A DNA stretch of 64,000 nucleotides, from the NCBI RefSeq assembly GCF_001194135.2, contig NC_068990.1, positions 88,650,286-88,714,285 on the forward strand, read 5' to 3'. Position 1 is the first letter of the stretch. Each line of letters opens with the position of its first letter. The position numbers and the translations under genes were made by a program. Of this stretch, positions 25,254 to 39,600 are shown in pieces. This stretch comes from Octopus bimaculoides. Lineage: Eukaryota. Under the pieces are notes generated by a model that worked only from the letters and a program-made list of their open reading frames with translations, was not told the origin of the DNA and ran no database searches.

Positions 25254-28200
25254 ATAGGTAAATTGTCACCATTTTATACTTTTAATTTTGCATTTGCGCA
25301 TTGTTTGTTTTTGATTTTGTGGGAAGATGAATGGAAGCACAACATTGCTATCACTAGTGATTACTCCAAACACTATGATGTTGACTGGATGTTTGATTTT
25401 TATCATTCTCACTACATGTTCTAAGATTGCACTGTCCTCAGATTGACACCCAAACACTCTGAAATGTCCACATTGGAACTTCTGGCACAAATGTAATTAT
25501 CTCCTCATTCTCCCCTTCTTCCTAACATATACTCCCAATTGACATCACTTTCTTTTATCAATTACAGTTGTCACAAAAATTAACTGTGGACCACCAAAAG
25601 ATGTTGTTGGTGCATCTAAATCCTATGATACTACTACCTATGAATCTGAAGTGATCTATACTTGTCATGATGGAAAAGAATTAAAGGCAACATGTAAAGA
25701 AGACAAGAAATGGGCTCCAGAGGTGTCTTGTAAAGGTAATATAAATAGGTTCTATCTTCATAATTTTCTTTTAGCTTTGTGTTCCAAGTTTATGTCAAAG
25801 GAAGTGTGACTGTGTCCATGAAAATTTTCATTGTGTTTCTGATTGGTAGGAGGGTCAGAGATAGTTATCCTCAAACTAGAGACCTTCCTAAATGTTTGCA
25901 ACACAGTGGGCTTCATTAAAGATTTTGAAGAGCCAGGTAATGGTATTAATTTGGTTGATGGATTAAGCCAGCTGAACAAGAGCAGCAAGTGAGAAAGCAT
26001 GTTCTCTCCTGCAGGCTTCTGCAAAGTTTCCTTCCACCAAATTCCATTCACAATCCTTAATCAAGAAGCAGATTTTTAATCATGCAGCCATAAGTGCAGA
26101 CAGTACCAGATTCTTGTCAAGTAAACTTATTACCTCCACAGTTCTATCTCAGCTAACCTAGGCAGTTTTTCTCTTAACTTCTAACTTCAGCTCTCTCACC
26201 CATACTTTGCTTCATCCTCTAAAACTCAGAACAATGCAACACATTGAATTTTCCTTTACTGGAACTCAGTAATCATCCAAAACTTTTGATACTCTAATGG
26301 TCATTCATTCCACCATCCTAAATCATAATGAGACAAATAATAACAGTGGTTTCTGAAGAGTCTGAATACATACCATAAAGCATTTCTTTCAGTTTTATAT
26401 TTAGTATTCATGTATACGTTTAAAATAAAGATGAGAATGATGATACATTTCTCTTGAATGTTGAAGGATCTTTATCTAAAACTAATTGATGAACCCCCAC
26501 CATCAAAGATCATCATGAACGCCAAGGACAAGTGTCCTCTCCGAGTAATATTCTTTGAGATTCAGGTTTATGTAGTGCACGATCCATCCACTCTCATGTC
26601 ACTTTCAATAATTTCCCTAGAGGAGAATATCTTCCTCTCCATCCTCATCTTCTTTACAAGTGAAACTTTAAAAATACAGATTAGGTACTGACCAAAGAGG
26701 AAAACTCCAATTGCCAGACCTTTCAACCTCATCCATCACACAACCTCTTTTACTACAGCTAGCAGACAGAGGAAAAGGAACATCTTTGCTCAGTTAAAGG
26801 AGGATATGAGGTGATCATAATGATGGACTTGAATGATAGTCAGATCGTTCCACACACACAATAGCAGCAGTTTGACATAAATCTACAAGTCTATAATGCA
26901 TATAATGCATGGACACTGACAGTGCATGTAAAATTAATGTGTTCCACTGTGAAAATCTTGCACAGCACTGTCTATCAGAACTTCTATGACTAGATTTTCT
27001 CTTGGTTTTACTGAGCTATTTGATAACACTGCCAAGGGCTCCATGAAGTTGCCATAGCATTCCATGTCCAAGAAGTTCTTTGAAACAAACTTACCACCTT
27101 ATTCACATTGAACCCCAGAATATCCTTGTGAATATCAATGATCTTCCACTCAATTAACCCTCTATAGATACAAGCATGTAATGCCCACTAATTACATTGC
27201 CCAATCGAGTTTAATCGTATATACTTAGGATTACATTAGGTGATCTGGCATTAATAAACAGGCACATTGAGACACAGTTGTTCTTGCTGGATGCGGACCA
27301 CAGGGTACCATAGAATTCACGACATAGCTGTTTCTCTCACAAGTAGCTTATAAGAACATATAAGTATCACCACAGTGTAATCAATTATCTATTCATTATT
27401 TAAGAATATGACCAAACATAATTAGAAATGCCATGAGTTTATGTGAAATTCATGTCTTTCTGAAGGTCTCTTATTGTTTATGTAAAATGAACTGACTTAA
27501 ACTGAGAATCAAACCTGAATCATTGACTCACACCATTCAATCCATATATGTAGATGAGGAAAATACTCAGGGTCACTTTCTGCATCAAAAACAAATAGAA
27601 AAATGGCTACTTATTGAAGTTGTGATGACTAATTAAAATTACACCCTCAACAGCTGGTAAAATCATTATGCTAATCTCTTTTTCTGGTCATTAAATTCAG
27701 AAGAGAGAAATTCCTTAAGATAATCACTTTTCTTTTCCCATCTCATTAAAAGAATAATTTTTGAAGAAATAAAATTCCTTAGCTGGTTACATGAGGTTGT
27801 GAGTGTCCACATTAATATTTATTTACTTGGTGATGAATGTGAGATTATTTTAGTTTTCCAAGACAAAACACTGCAAAATCAATAAAGAGATGGGCAATAA
27901 TCTTTTCCATGACTAGTCATATTCAGTTACATCCTTTCACATTCTAGGTTCAAATCCCATCTAAATGTACTTCAGCTTTCATACTTCTGTGGTTGATAAA
28001 ACAAGCATTAGTCAAGTACAATTGAATCGATCAGCTCCTACCTCAAACTTTTGTACATCTTTCTATATTAGAAATTATTGATGTTGTTTTTGTTGTTTAC
28101 ATTTGTCTCAATCTTCCTTTAATTCTAGTTACTAAGGTCAATTTTGTGAGAGTAAAAGATGCAATTCTGGATGTACCTGGAAAAACTTTGTTGAGAAAAA

Positions 28201-28683
28201 AAAATGTGTCAACAGAATTCTGTGCAGAAAAATGTTTGTCTGACAAAACTTGTTTATCTTTTGAAATAACTAAAGCAAGTGGAAAATGTTATTTATCAAA
28301 GGAAACTGCAGCTACTTCCAAGAAAATAAAATCAGCCAAAGACAGAGATTACTACCAACAAGTAGATTGTAATTATTCTTTGTATTTCTCTTTTTCTGAA
28401 ATTTATGATTGCATTTATACTTCATAGTTTATAGAAAACCATTTCTGTAAAGACATTGACAGGTTTAACCACTCGGACAGACAAGCACATTCCAGAAATA
28501 AGTAATTTTAGTAAATATAAATACTGTTAGGGCCTTTTCACACTGCATTTGTTTACCTTGAACACTTTTCTGTATTATGTTTTCAATTGCTTCTTTGTGT
28601 GTGTGTGTGTGTGTGTTCTTGTGCATGTGTGTGTGTAAGAAAGGAAATACTTGTCACTTTACTTAAACATGAATATTATGATG

Positions 28684-28729
<46 letters not shown>

Positions 28730-30304
28730 GGAAACTCACAGCTTATTTTGCTGGGTATGATGGAAAGTGTCAGCTGTCCACAGCCAGCAGACTAAGGTGA
28801 CACTTGTTTACTGGTCATGCTTCAAGAACCCTGCAAGGAATTCTTGCAGTTCCAAGCAATGCTGATTTTTGTAGGTGATCCTCCTTCACACTTGCACCAG
28901 TCTTTTTCAGCCATGTTGGTAGCTGAGTGCTGATATTTCCAAATGCACCAATTACTATTGGCATCACGTCTACTCTCTTCATTGACCACAGCCTTCGTAT
29001 TTCTCACTTTGAATCATCATAAGTGTTTATTTTGTCATCAAATTAGCCTGAAGATGTTTTACATTCACATGAATTTTAAGTTGTCATTTTGTAGATCAAT
29101 TATTTGTTTATAATGCAGGTATGCCAAACCCATGCCAGCATGGAAAAATGAACGTTCAATAATGATGATGATGAGGAGGCTCACATTCATCATTGTCATC
29201 ATTATTGTCATCATCACCATCATCATCGTTGTCGTCATTGTCATCATTTAAAACAAATTATGCAACAGATGCTATAAAATATTTAATGTGTGTGTGAATA
29301 TAAAATATTTTTCTTGTTTTCTTTCATTTCTTCTTTATCTAGCCGATGATGATCTTTTAACATTAAAAAAAATTGCCATACCAGGGCATGATTCACCTGA
29401 TCGGATTAAAGGAATCAGTTTAAAGGAGTGTGATCGTGCTTGTCTTCAAATTCCAGGATGTAAATCTTATGAGTATCATGAACAAAATAAATCCTGTATT
29501 CCATCTAATGAGACTCACCTGACTTATGACCTTAAACCCAACAAAGATGGATGGGATATACATATCATGAACCCAGGTCAGTGGAGTGTAATTCATTTAT
29601 TTCACGTGTCTGTATGCATGTGTGTGCTAGTTTGTTTGTTTCTACATATACACATATCTAATATGTATATGCTTATAACAAACACGCACACACATATATG
29701 TACATGATTTCAAGGGAATCCTGTAGCTTATAGTCAACAGCTTGTTAGCATCTAGCATAGATATGGCTTGTATATAACACTGAAAGGCAAAAATAATAGA
29801 TCAATAAAATTCATTATTCAATATATCACATTCACTTCATTGTACATCAAAATTGATGGAATAATTTTGTTAAGATGACAAATGTTCCAAATTGAATAGC
29901 TATGTAGATTGCCCAGTATGTGATGAATAAACATAGGAATAGTGAAAAATGGAGAAATACACTCAAGTAAAGCACATATTTCTGAAGCAGAACAATTAAC
30001 ACTATAAGTGTAATTACATCATAAAATAATGATATAATATGCTTCATCTTCAGGTATGACACCACTCAGATCAAATCAAATTCCACGTTGAGTATTGATG
30101 CAAATATAAAGCATGTTGTGAATTAATTTCACTTATGATTTGAATTTTTCTGCTTTGGAAATATGTTGTAGTTAACTGCATTTGTTCATTATTTTTATTG
30201 ATACGGCAATTTGACCAGGGGAGCCCAACAAAGTAAGTAATAAGTTTAAAAATGGGTTCTGGGTTCAGTTTGTTACATGTGTGTGTGTGTGTATGAGCAT
30301 ATGT

Positions 30305-30378
<74 letters not shown>

Positions 30379-33300
30379 TGGCAAGTCTCTCACTCATATG
30401 TAAATCCTGCAAGATCCTGATAACAACTAGAAAGGCTCTGTACAAGAAGGCAAGACTTTTCTTAATTTCACAATATAAATTTTTTTGTTTTTCTCCATTC
30501 CAACATTGGAGCTTTGTATCTTTGTTAGATACCAGCTTCCTCCTAACAGAAAGTCTTCAAATAATTAAAAATAGAAGAAAATTATACACGTATATGTTTC
30601 TGTATGTGTGAGCAAATTTCTTCCAATTGATTCACACAATGTTTCGTTTTAACCTTGTCATAATCTCCTCATTTTCACCCTCCTCCTAAAATGCACACAC
30701 CATTGATATCAATTTTTATTTTCAATTCTAGCTAATGACAAAATAAACTGTGGACCACCAAGAGATATTGCTGGTGCATCAAAGTCCTGTGCTTCCAGCA
30801 ACTACAGAGATGAAGTGATCTACACGTGTCCACTGGGAGAAAAACTAAGATCAAAATGTGAAAAGGACAACAAATGGACTTCGGTAGATTCTACCTGTAA
30901 AAGTAATGCAAATAGCTTCTCTCTTTTTGTCTCTGTCTTTGTAATTTTGCTTTATTTTTGTTTTATTTGTATGCTAAATGTCTTTGTCAGAGTAGGACTG
31001 GTTGACTATATGGCAATTTCCACAGTGATGATGGAGGTGGGAGGGAGAAAGGAAGCTATTCACAGTTCAAAGATCTCCCTAAATACTTGCAATAGAGTGG
31101 ACATCATTTATTCTACCCAAAGGCCAGGCATTAAATTGGATGATGGATTAAGTCTACCAACCAAATAGGAGATATGTGGCAGTTTCTCCCTCCAACAGGA
31201 TTCCACACAGCTTTCATCTACCAAATTTCATCCTAATTTGTGGAGTAAATTTTTAACCTCATAAACAAGATTCCAACCAGGACCCCAGATTTGTGAAGTA
31301 ACCTTCTTAACCTCACAGTCATACTTGAGGGATTTTATGTGTGTCTTCTCTTAATTTCTAACTTTTTCACCAGTACCATGCACCATCATCTCTGTACAGT
31401 ACAGTATAATGCTGTGGGTCCTTCTTTACCAGAATTCAACAATCCTCTGAAACAATTTTCTAATGCACTAATGATTCTTTCAATCTACCATCCTTAATTA
31501 TTCTTTCTACCATAGACACAAGGCCTGAAATTTTACAGGAGAGACTAATCAATTACATTAACTCCAGTGTTTGACTGGTATTTCTTTTATTGGCTCCAAG
31601 GCATGAAATGATAAGTCAACTTTGGCAGAATTTGAGCTCAGAATGTAATGATCGATGAGTTGCCGCTAAGCATTTACTTGCCAGGGAAACATTTCTGCCA
31701 TCTTTCTACCTTAAATACAGCTAATAATAATAATAGTTTTTAATTTATTCACAAGGCCATGAGTTTCTGATGTCAGGAGTTTAGTTTTTACCACTGACTT
31801 CAGTGCTTGAATGGTACTGTATGCTATCAATCTCTGAATGGATAACAGGCAAAGTTGACATTTGTTGGGTTTGAACTCAGAAAATAAAGAGCCTGAATAC
31901 ATAATACAAAGGATTATTCCTGCCAATGCTCTAATGATTCTGTGGCTCAACAATCCTTAATTATAAAAATAATAAAAATGATTTCTTTTATTTCTCTCCA
32001 ATGCAACAGTTTACGTTGTTGACACATAAAGAGGCATATTTTGTGGTGGATTACAGAAAATCAGATAGATATACAGAAAATATAAGTGCACATGGTATAC
32101 AGTTGAAAAAGATGATATTGGTGATAATATAATCTCATTGCTATATAATACAGCTGTTTGTACACAAAGACATAAAAATCTGCCTCTCACTCAAAGAGAC
32201 TGATTTTTTGTTGCTAACAAGGGTAATAGCTCTCTGAACTTTCTCTATCTCATTTGTAATCAAGCAATTATACATTCAAAATATCTTCCTCCACTGCTAA
32301 TTAGGTCACCCATGTAACAGACACTCTCTACAACCTCAAGCGGGTTTCCTGAAAAATCCAATTCCCATGTGTCCTTAACGTTTATTATTCTTGTACATCT
32401 GCCACATACAAAGACTACTTTCTCTGTTAACCGTACAGTAATTCCATTGCACCTCTCATATGTCCTTATGTTACACTGAGTACATCATATGGAATTCCTA
32501 CCAACACTTTTCCTACTTATTTAGTAAGGCACACACATAATATACATTCACCATTGATATCAGTTTCTGTTTTCAATTTCAGCTTATAAAGACATTGACT
32601 GTGGAAATCCAAAAGACATTGCTGGTGCAGAAAAGTCCTACGATGCCACCACCTATAAATCTGAAGTGACCTATACTTGCCCAAAGGGAGAAAAACTAAA
32701 GTCAATATGTGAAAAGGACAACAAATGGTCTCCAATTGTGGAAACCTGTAATGGTAACATAAGTTGCTTCTTTCTTGTTCTCTCTGTCTATGTAATTTTT
32801 TCATCCATAAGGTTTAGTTGTGAAGTGATTTTTTAACCATGCAGAAATAACTCTACCTTATACCTTATGTTTGACAAGTAAACTTATTACTTCCATAGCT
32901 ATATTACAGCACATTTTGATAGATTTTCTCTTAACTTCTAACAGGAAATTTCTTTGCCATACTTTGTGCTATCATCCAGAACTCTGTAAATATAATGTCT
33001 GAGTTTTTCTTTACTAGAATGTAGCAATCCCCTGATACAGACTTCTGATGCCCTTGTTATCTTTCAGTCAACTACCTATAATTATACTACTACTAATAAC
33101 AATAATGGTTTCTAATTTAGGCACAAAGCAGTAGTTTTTAATGGACTGCATTTAGCCAAAACCATGNNNNNNNNNNNNNNNNNNNNNNNNNNNNNNNNNN
33201 NNNNNNNNNNNNNNNNNNNNNNNNNNNNNNNNNNNNNNNNNNNNNNNNNNNNNNNNNNNNNNNNNNNNNNNNNNNNNNNNNNNNNNNNNNNNNNNNNNNN

Positions 33301-36300
33301 NNNNNNNNNNNNNNNNNNNNNNNNNNNNNNNNNNNNNNNNNNNNNNNNNNNNNNNNNNNNNNNNNNNNNNNNNNNNNNNNNNNNNNNNNNNNNNNNNNNN
33401 NNNNNNNNNNNNNNNNNNNNNNNNNNNNNNNNNNNNNNNNNNNNNNNNNNNNNNNNNNNNNNNNNNNNNNNNNNNNNNNNTAGTACACATCATCATCATC
33501 ATCATTTAGTTTTCTATGCTGGCATGGGTTGGACAGTTTGATAGTGTCCAATGAACTGTCGAGCTGCATTAAACCCAGTGTCATCTTTGACATAGTTTCC
33601 ATCACTGGATTCCTTTCCTAACACTAACCACTTTACAGTATGTACTGGATCCCTTTCCTTGGTACTAGTGAGGTCACCAGTAACTTGCAAGACAAAATAA
33701 AGAAAGGGAAACAAAAAGACCCCTCAGCTGAGTGGGAGTGTATTTGAGAGAGTGGGAGGTAGATTTGTGCCATGTATTGAAGACAAAGGTATGATAGAGC
33801 GACAAACATAGGTGTCTTACTATAGAGGAGATACACAGCTACTCTATATTACGTGATGATGGGTAAGAGTAACTGGAAGAGATATAAAGTTTGTGGTGGA
33901 AGGGTACTAGATCTTGCTCTCAAGGTAAAAGAATACTACCTTCTCTGCCCAGATAAAAAAAGGTGTGGTGCAATTATTCCAGACATAACAACTGCTTTTT
34001 GACATAATTTCACAGCACAGCAATGATTTCATTTTATTGTATGCATCTGAAAGAGGCCTGTCTTAACACTTCTGTGACTGTAGATCTTATTTTGAACCAG
34101 GAGGGCCCTTTGGTAGTACAGCAAAGCCAAGGGCTTCAAAAAGTTTCCCAATGTTATTCCCTGAGCAAGAAGTCTTCCAAAACAAACTTACCAGTTCATT
34201 GTCATTGATGACCAACGCTACCCTGAGGATGTCATTGCTTTATCCCACCATTAACTCTCAATAGATTGGAACATCCACCAATCCCATTGCCTAGGTCAAG
34301 TTTAATCCTGCAGACTGTATCTTCTGAAAATCTTTGGATTACACTAGATAATGTGAAATACCTTTTTTAAAGATGGGTGAGAATGGTTGATAGAGGTTTT
34401 GTTAACATTTATAACATATTGGGCATCCACATAGGGGTTCCACATTAAATGTCGAACTTTATATTACAAGCTAACAGATCTAACACAACTTATCCTCTGC
34501 TATAAATTGTTGTTTGATTCAACGCCACCACAAGACATTTCAGGTGATCATGGTGATGGTGGTAAACAACAGTTGGTCACTGTTTATATACTTATTACAA
34601 TATCAAGCATTCATATTGACTCACAACTGCTGATATTGAACATAGACCACAGGAATCTCACAAATGTAGAAAGGAGAGTGGCCACAGAATTCCATTACAT
34701 AACTGTTTCTATCATGATTAGCTTATTAAAAGATATAAGTAACATCTCATTGTACTTAATTCTGCATGCCTTGTCTAGACACATAGCCAAATACATTTAG
34801 AGAAAAAAATATAAGATTGTGTGATTTCAAGGGCACTAATTGTTTCTATAAAATGAAGTAAATTGCACTGGCAGTCAAAGTCAGATCATTGACTCACATC
34901 ACTTAATTCCTATTTATAGCAAACGGATACCGTTGGCAAAATACCTAGGGCCACTTCCTGCATGGAAAACAAATAGCAAGGTGATTGAACCTATTGAACC
35001 AAGACATGATTAATTAAAGATTCACTCTCAGTGTATGTGTGTAGGGGAGGAGATTAAAATTATTATGTAAATGTCTTATTTGGGTCATAAAATTCAGAAA
35101 AGAGAGCCTTGTAAAGATAATCACTTTTCTTTTTGTCATCTCATTAAAAGTAAAATTTTGATGAATTAAAATTTCTTAACTTGCTACGTTAAGTTGTGAG
35201 TGTCCATATTTACTATATAGTTATATGATTCACTAGATGATGATGGAAAGGAAATGATTTTTTGATTTCCCAGACAAACCTTTGCAATATAGTTAAGTGG
35301 TGAGTTAAATTCTTTTACATTTTCAGTTCAAATTCAAACAACTATTATAATTCTGAGGTTGATAAAACAAGTACTAGTCAAGTATTGAGGTTGATTTATT
35401 TTCATTTATATTCACTACTCAGTGTGTGGCCTTCTGTTTGAGTTAGGAACCATTATCATTATTGTTACTATTAATAATAATTATAATAATTGTTGTTATT
35501 AAGGGTGACAGATTGACAGAATCGTTTGAGCATCAGACAAAATGTGTTGTGTCATCTATTCTGCTTCTTTAGCTTCAGAGTTCAAATGCTGCTGATGTTA
35601 ACTTTGTCCTCTCAGGATCAATGAAATATGATACTGGTCAGGTGTAGATGCCAGTTTCATTGATCAGTTCCTACCTCAAAGTTTTGGCTTAATTTCTATG
35701 ATGGAAAATTGTTGTATTTGTTGATGTTATTGCTTATTGGTTTAAATTTTCCTTTAACTCTAGATGCTCAGATCCATTTTGTGAAAGTAAAAAGTGCAGC
35801 TCTGAGTGTATCTGGGAAAATATTGTGGAAGACAAAAAATATAACAGCAGATGATTGTGCAGAAAAATGTTTGTCTACCAAAATATGTTTATCATTTGAA
35901 ATAAATACAGAAATGGGAAAGTGTTCCTTATCAAAGCAAACTGCAGCTTCCTCCAAGAAAATAAAGTCAACCAAGAGCAGAGATTACTACCAACGAGTAA
36001 ACTGTAATTATTATTCGTATTTTATCATAGGAATTATCCTCTCCTCTTCCTCTGAAATTTGAATTTCTTGAAATACTTATGGACAGCTATTGCTGTTAAG
36101 ACATTGATAGGCTCATCTATAACACTAAACATAGACATGATTAGCAAAATTAAATGAAAATCGCCCTGGAAGACACCTCTTCTTATTGTTACCTCAGCTA
36201 AGTACTGGTTGAAAAACACATCTTTTCTGTAAAAGATGTGTTTTTCAACAAGGCATGCTGTTCTTGATTACTTCATGCATGTCAAGTGTTTCCAGAGTCC

Positions 36301-36612
36301 ATGTATGCAGCAGCATATCATAATCCTTTTTAAAGCCCATCCAGGCCATGCAAAAATCTATTTGGTACCATTTGCAGTTCTTCATTATGACCTTGGTGGT
36401 TCTCGGTGTCTTGGATCATTTCCAGCATACCTTTGCAGCTTAAATATTGACACAGCTTTTGCAAAAAGTCTCAAGATTTTCAACAACTCTCTTAAATTCT
36501 GATTAGAGTGTCATTTTGAGGATCAATTCTTTGCTTATTACAAATTGTCCACTTACATGATTATGCAATACATGCGTTTCAGTATTTAATATATTCTAGA
36601 AAATATGTGTAT

Positions 36613-36658
<46 letters not shown>

Positions 36659-39600
36659 TGTGTGTATTTGGATGGGTGGATGTGCATAAAATAAATTTCT
36701 TGTTTTCTATTTTGTTTCAGTCGATGAAGGGCTTATTACGATGAAAAAGGTTGGCATACCAAGCAAAGCTATTTTAGTAGAGCTTAAGAATAGGACCTTA
36801 AAGGAGTGTGAAAAGGCTTGTCATCAATATATAGAATGTAACTCTTATCAGTACAATGAGCAAGATAAGTTATGTGATCTGAGTAACATGACTCAGTTGA
36901 GTGATAAACTTAAGCCCAACGATGGAAATTGGGATATATACTTACCTAACCCAGGTCAGTAGAGTGTTTCTATTTCATTTATTTTGTGTGTACCTTGTGT
37001 ATATAAATATAAATGTATACTACATCACGCCTCTTTACCTCCTCTTTCTCAAATTTTTCTTTCTTCCTTCTCCCTTGCTTGGCAAACCGCACAAATTTTT
37101 TATATATAAAAAGGCCAAGAAATCTAACTTTAAACCACTTTTTGATAAATCCGATAATGGAAGACAACATTATCAGTTGTGCATTTAACTGTACACATGA
37201 GTTATACTTTGTGTGTGTGTGTGTACATAATCAGGATTTATGAAGTATGTATACTGAACACCCTCCTCTATGGATCAGAGACTTGGACACTATACACCAG
37301 ACAAGAGAAGCTCAATGTCTTTCATCTGAGATGCTTATGCAAGATCCTTGACATCACCTCTTAAGACAAAGCAACACAGAAGTCTTGAAATAGACAGCAT
37401 TTACAAGCATGACAGCTATTCTGTGCAAAAGGAGACTAAGATGGCTTGAATTTGGGAAGCAGATGGATAACAACAGAAAGAGAAAGGGATGGATATGTGT
37501 GTGTGTGTGTGTAGAAAAGGCAAAAGAAGAGAGGGATTTTTATACATTTTTTTTCCAGCTAAGAGATATTTCCAATAAAGTTGAAGAATCATAGTTCCCT
37601 AGTACAATAATCATATTTATAATGAAAAAAGGGGATTAAGGAACCTGATAAAATACTTTACAAGTTTTCTGTGAAGTAAAATAAACCTAGCTAACAAAAT
37701 TGTTCTGTGATGGATGTAACAATCCTGGTAATATATATTTTAACAAATCCTGGCCAGTTTAATTTGTGAATCCAAAGTTTAGTCCCTCAGAAAAATTGGT
37801 GTGTAAGTACAGAGCATTATAGAAAAGGCATAAAAGTAATGGTAATGGATATGTATGTAATTTATTCCAGTTAGCTTACACATGTTTCTGATAAGACTGG
37901 ATATTAGTTCTCTAATATAATAATTGTACTTATTAATCACTCCATAATCAAACAATTGAAGAGTGTAGAGAACAGACTGATTTCATTTCTTTTCTTCAGA
38001 GCTAAACTAACTGGTTGCAAGGGAGGAAATTTTTATCAAGTTATTAGCAGTAGGAAATAAGTCATTTGTCTTTATGTAATTAGTCAGTTAGAGGGAAGTA
38101 GGGAGGCTTACACTGGAAACAACATTAACGTTCTTCATATCTGACCAAGAAAGAATCGAAATATCAATTACTATCAAATGCTGACTATCAAATTCTCACC
38201 CTCCTCCTGCCATAGATTCACCATTGATATCAGTTTCTCTTATCACTTCCAGTTGTTACAAAAGTTAACTGTGGACCTCCAAAGGATGTTGGTGGTGCAA
38301 AGAAGTCCTACACTGACACCACCTATAAATCTGAAGTGACCTACACATGTCCAGGAGGACAACAGTTGAAGTCAAAGTGTAAAGATGACAATAAATGGAC
38401 TCCAGTTGCATCCAATTGTAAAGGTAATGTAAATAGGTTCTCTCTCTTTGTCATTGTCTAGGTATTTTTGTTTAAATTTTTATTAAGTATCTTTGTCAGA
38501 AGAAGAATGTCTGTATCCATGACAATTTCTATGGAATTTGTGGCTGGTTGAAGTGAGAGAGAAAGCTATTCTCAGAGAAGATAACTTCCTAAATCCATTC
38601 AACAGAGTGAACTTAATTAAAGCTATCCAGGGTTCAGTTAATGGTATTAATTTGGGTAATAGATTAAATCTGCCAAACAAGAGCAACAAGTGCGGAAGTG
38701 TGTTATCTCCAGCAGGCTTCTGCATAGTTTCCATCCACCAAGTTTCTTTCACAATCCTCAGTCAAGAAGCAGATTTTTAATCATGCAGCCATAAGTTTTA
38801 ATCATGCAGCAATAATAATTATAATTAATCTTTTTAATGATGGATAGAAAGAATCAGATAAACTATGCTGGGTATTTGTTCTGGATGTATAACTTCTGAG
38901 CTCAAATCCTGCTAATGTAACTCTGCCTTTCTATGGCCAATAAAATAAAATACCAGTCAAGTGTAAGAGCCAATTTAATCAATCAGCTCCTACCTCAAAC
39001 TTTTCTCCATCTTTCTTCATTAGAAATTATTGATGTTGTTTTTGTTGTTTACATTTGTCTCAATCTTACTTTAATTCCAGTTTCTAAGATTAATTTTGTG
39101 AAAGTAGATAGTGCACTTCTTGATGTACCTGGAAAAATATTATGGAATAAGAAAAATGTAACTGCAGACACTTGTGCAGAAAAATGTTTGTCTGATGAAA
39201 ATTGTTTATCATTTGAAATAACAAAAACAAGTAGAAAATGTTACTTATCAAAGGACACTGCAGCTTCCACCAAGAAAATAAAAGCAGCCAAAAGCAGAGA
39301 TTACTACCAACGAGTAAATCGTAATTATTCTTTTTGTTTCTATTTTCCAGTTTTTCTGAAATTTGTGATTGCATTTCTATGTCATAATACAGTTTGTTCC
39401 AATAAAACATCCACTTATAAGTGGGGATAGATATTACTTCATAACATATATATAGAACTGTTTCTGTAAAGACATTGACAATTTTAACTATAACTACAGA
39501 CATAAACATGTTCCTGAAATAAGCAATTTTAGGAACTGGAAATATTGTTTGGCTATTCTTGAGAGGAATCAGCTACTTTGCCTCCATGAGGCCCAATGTT

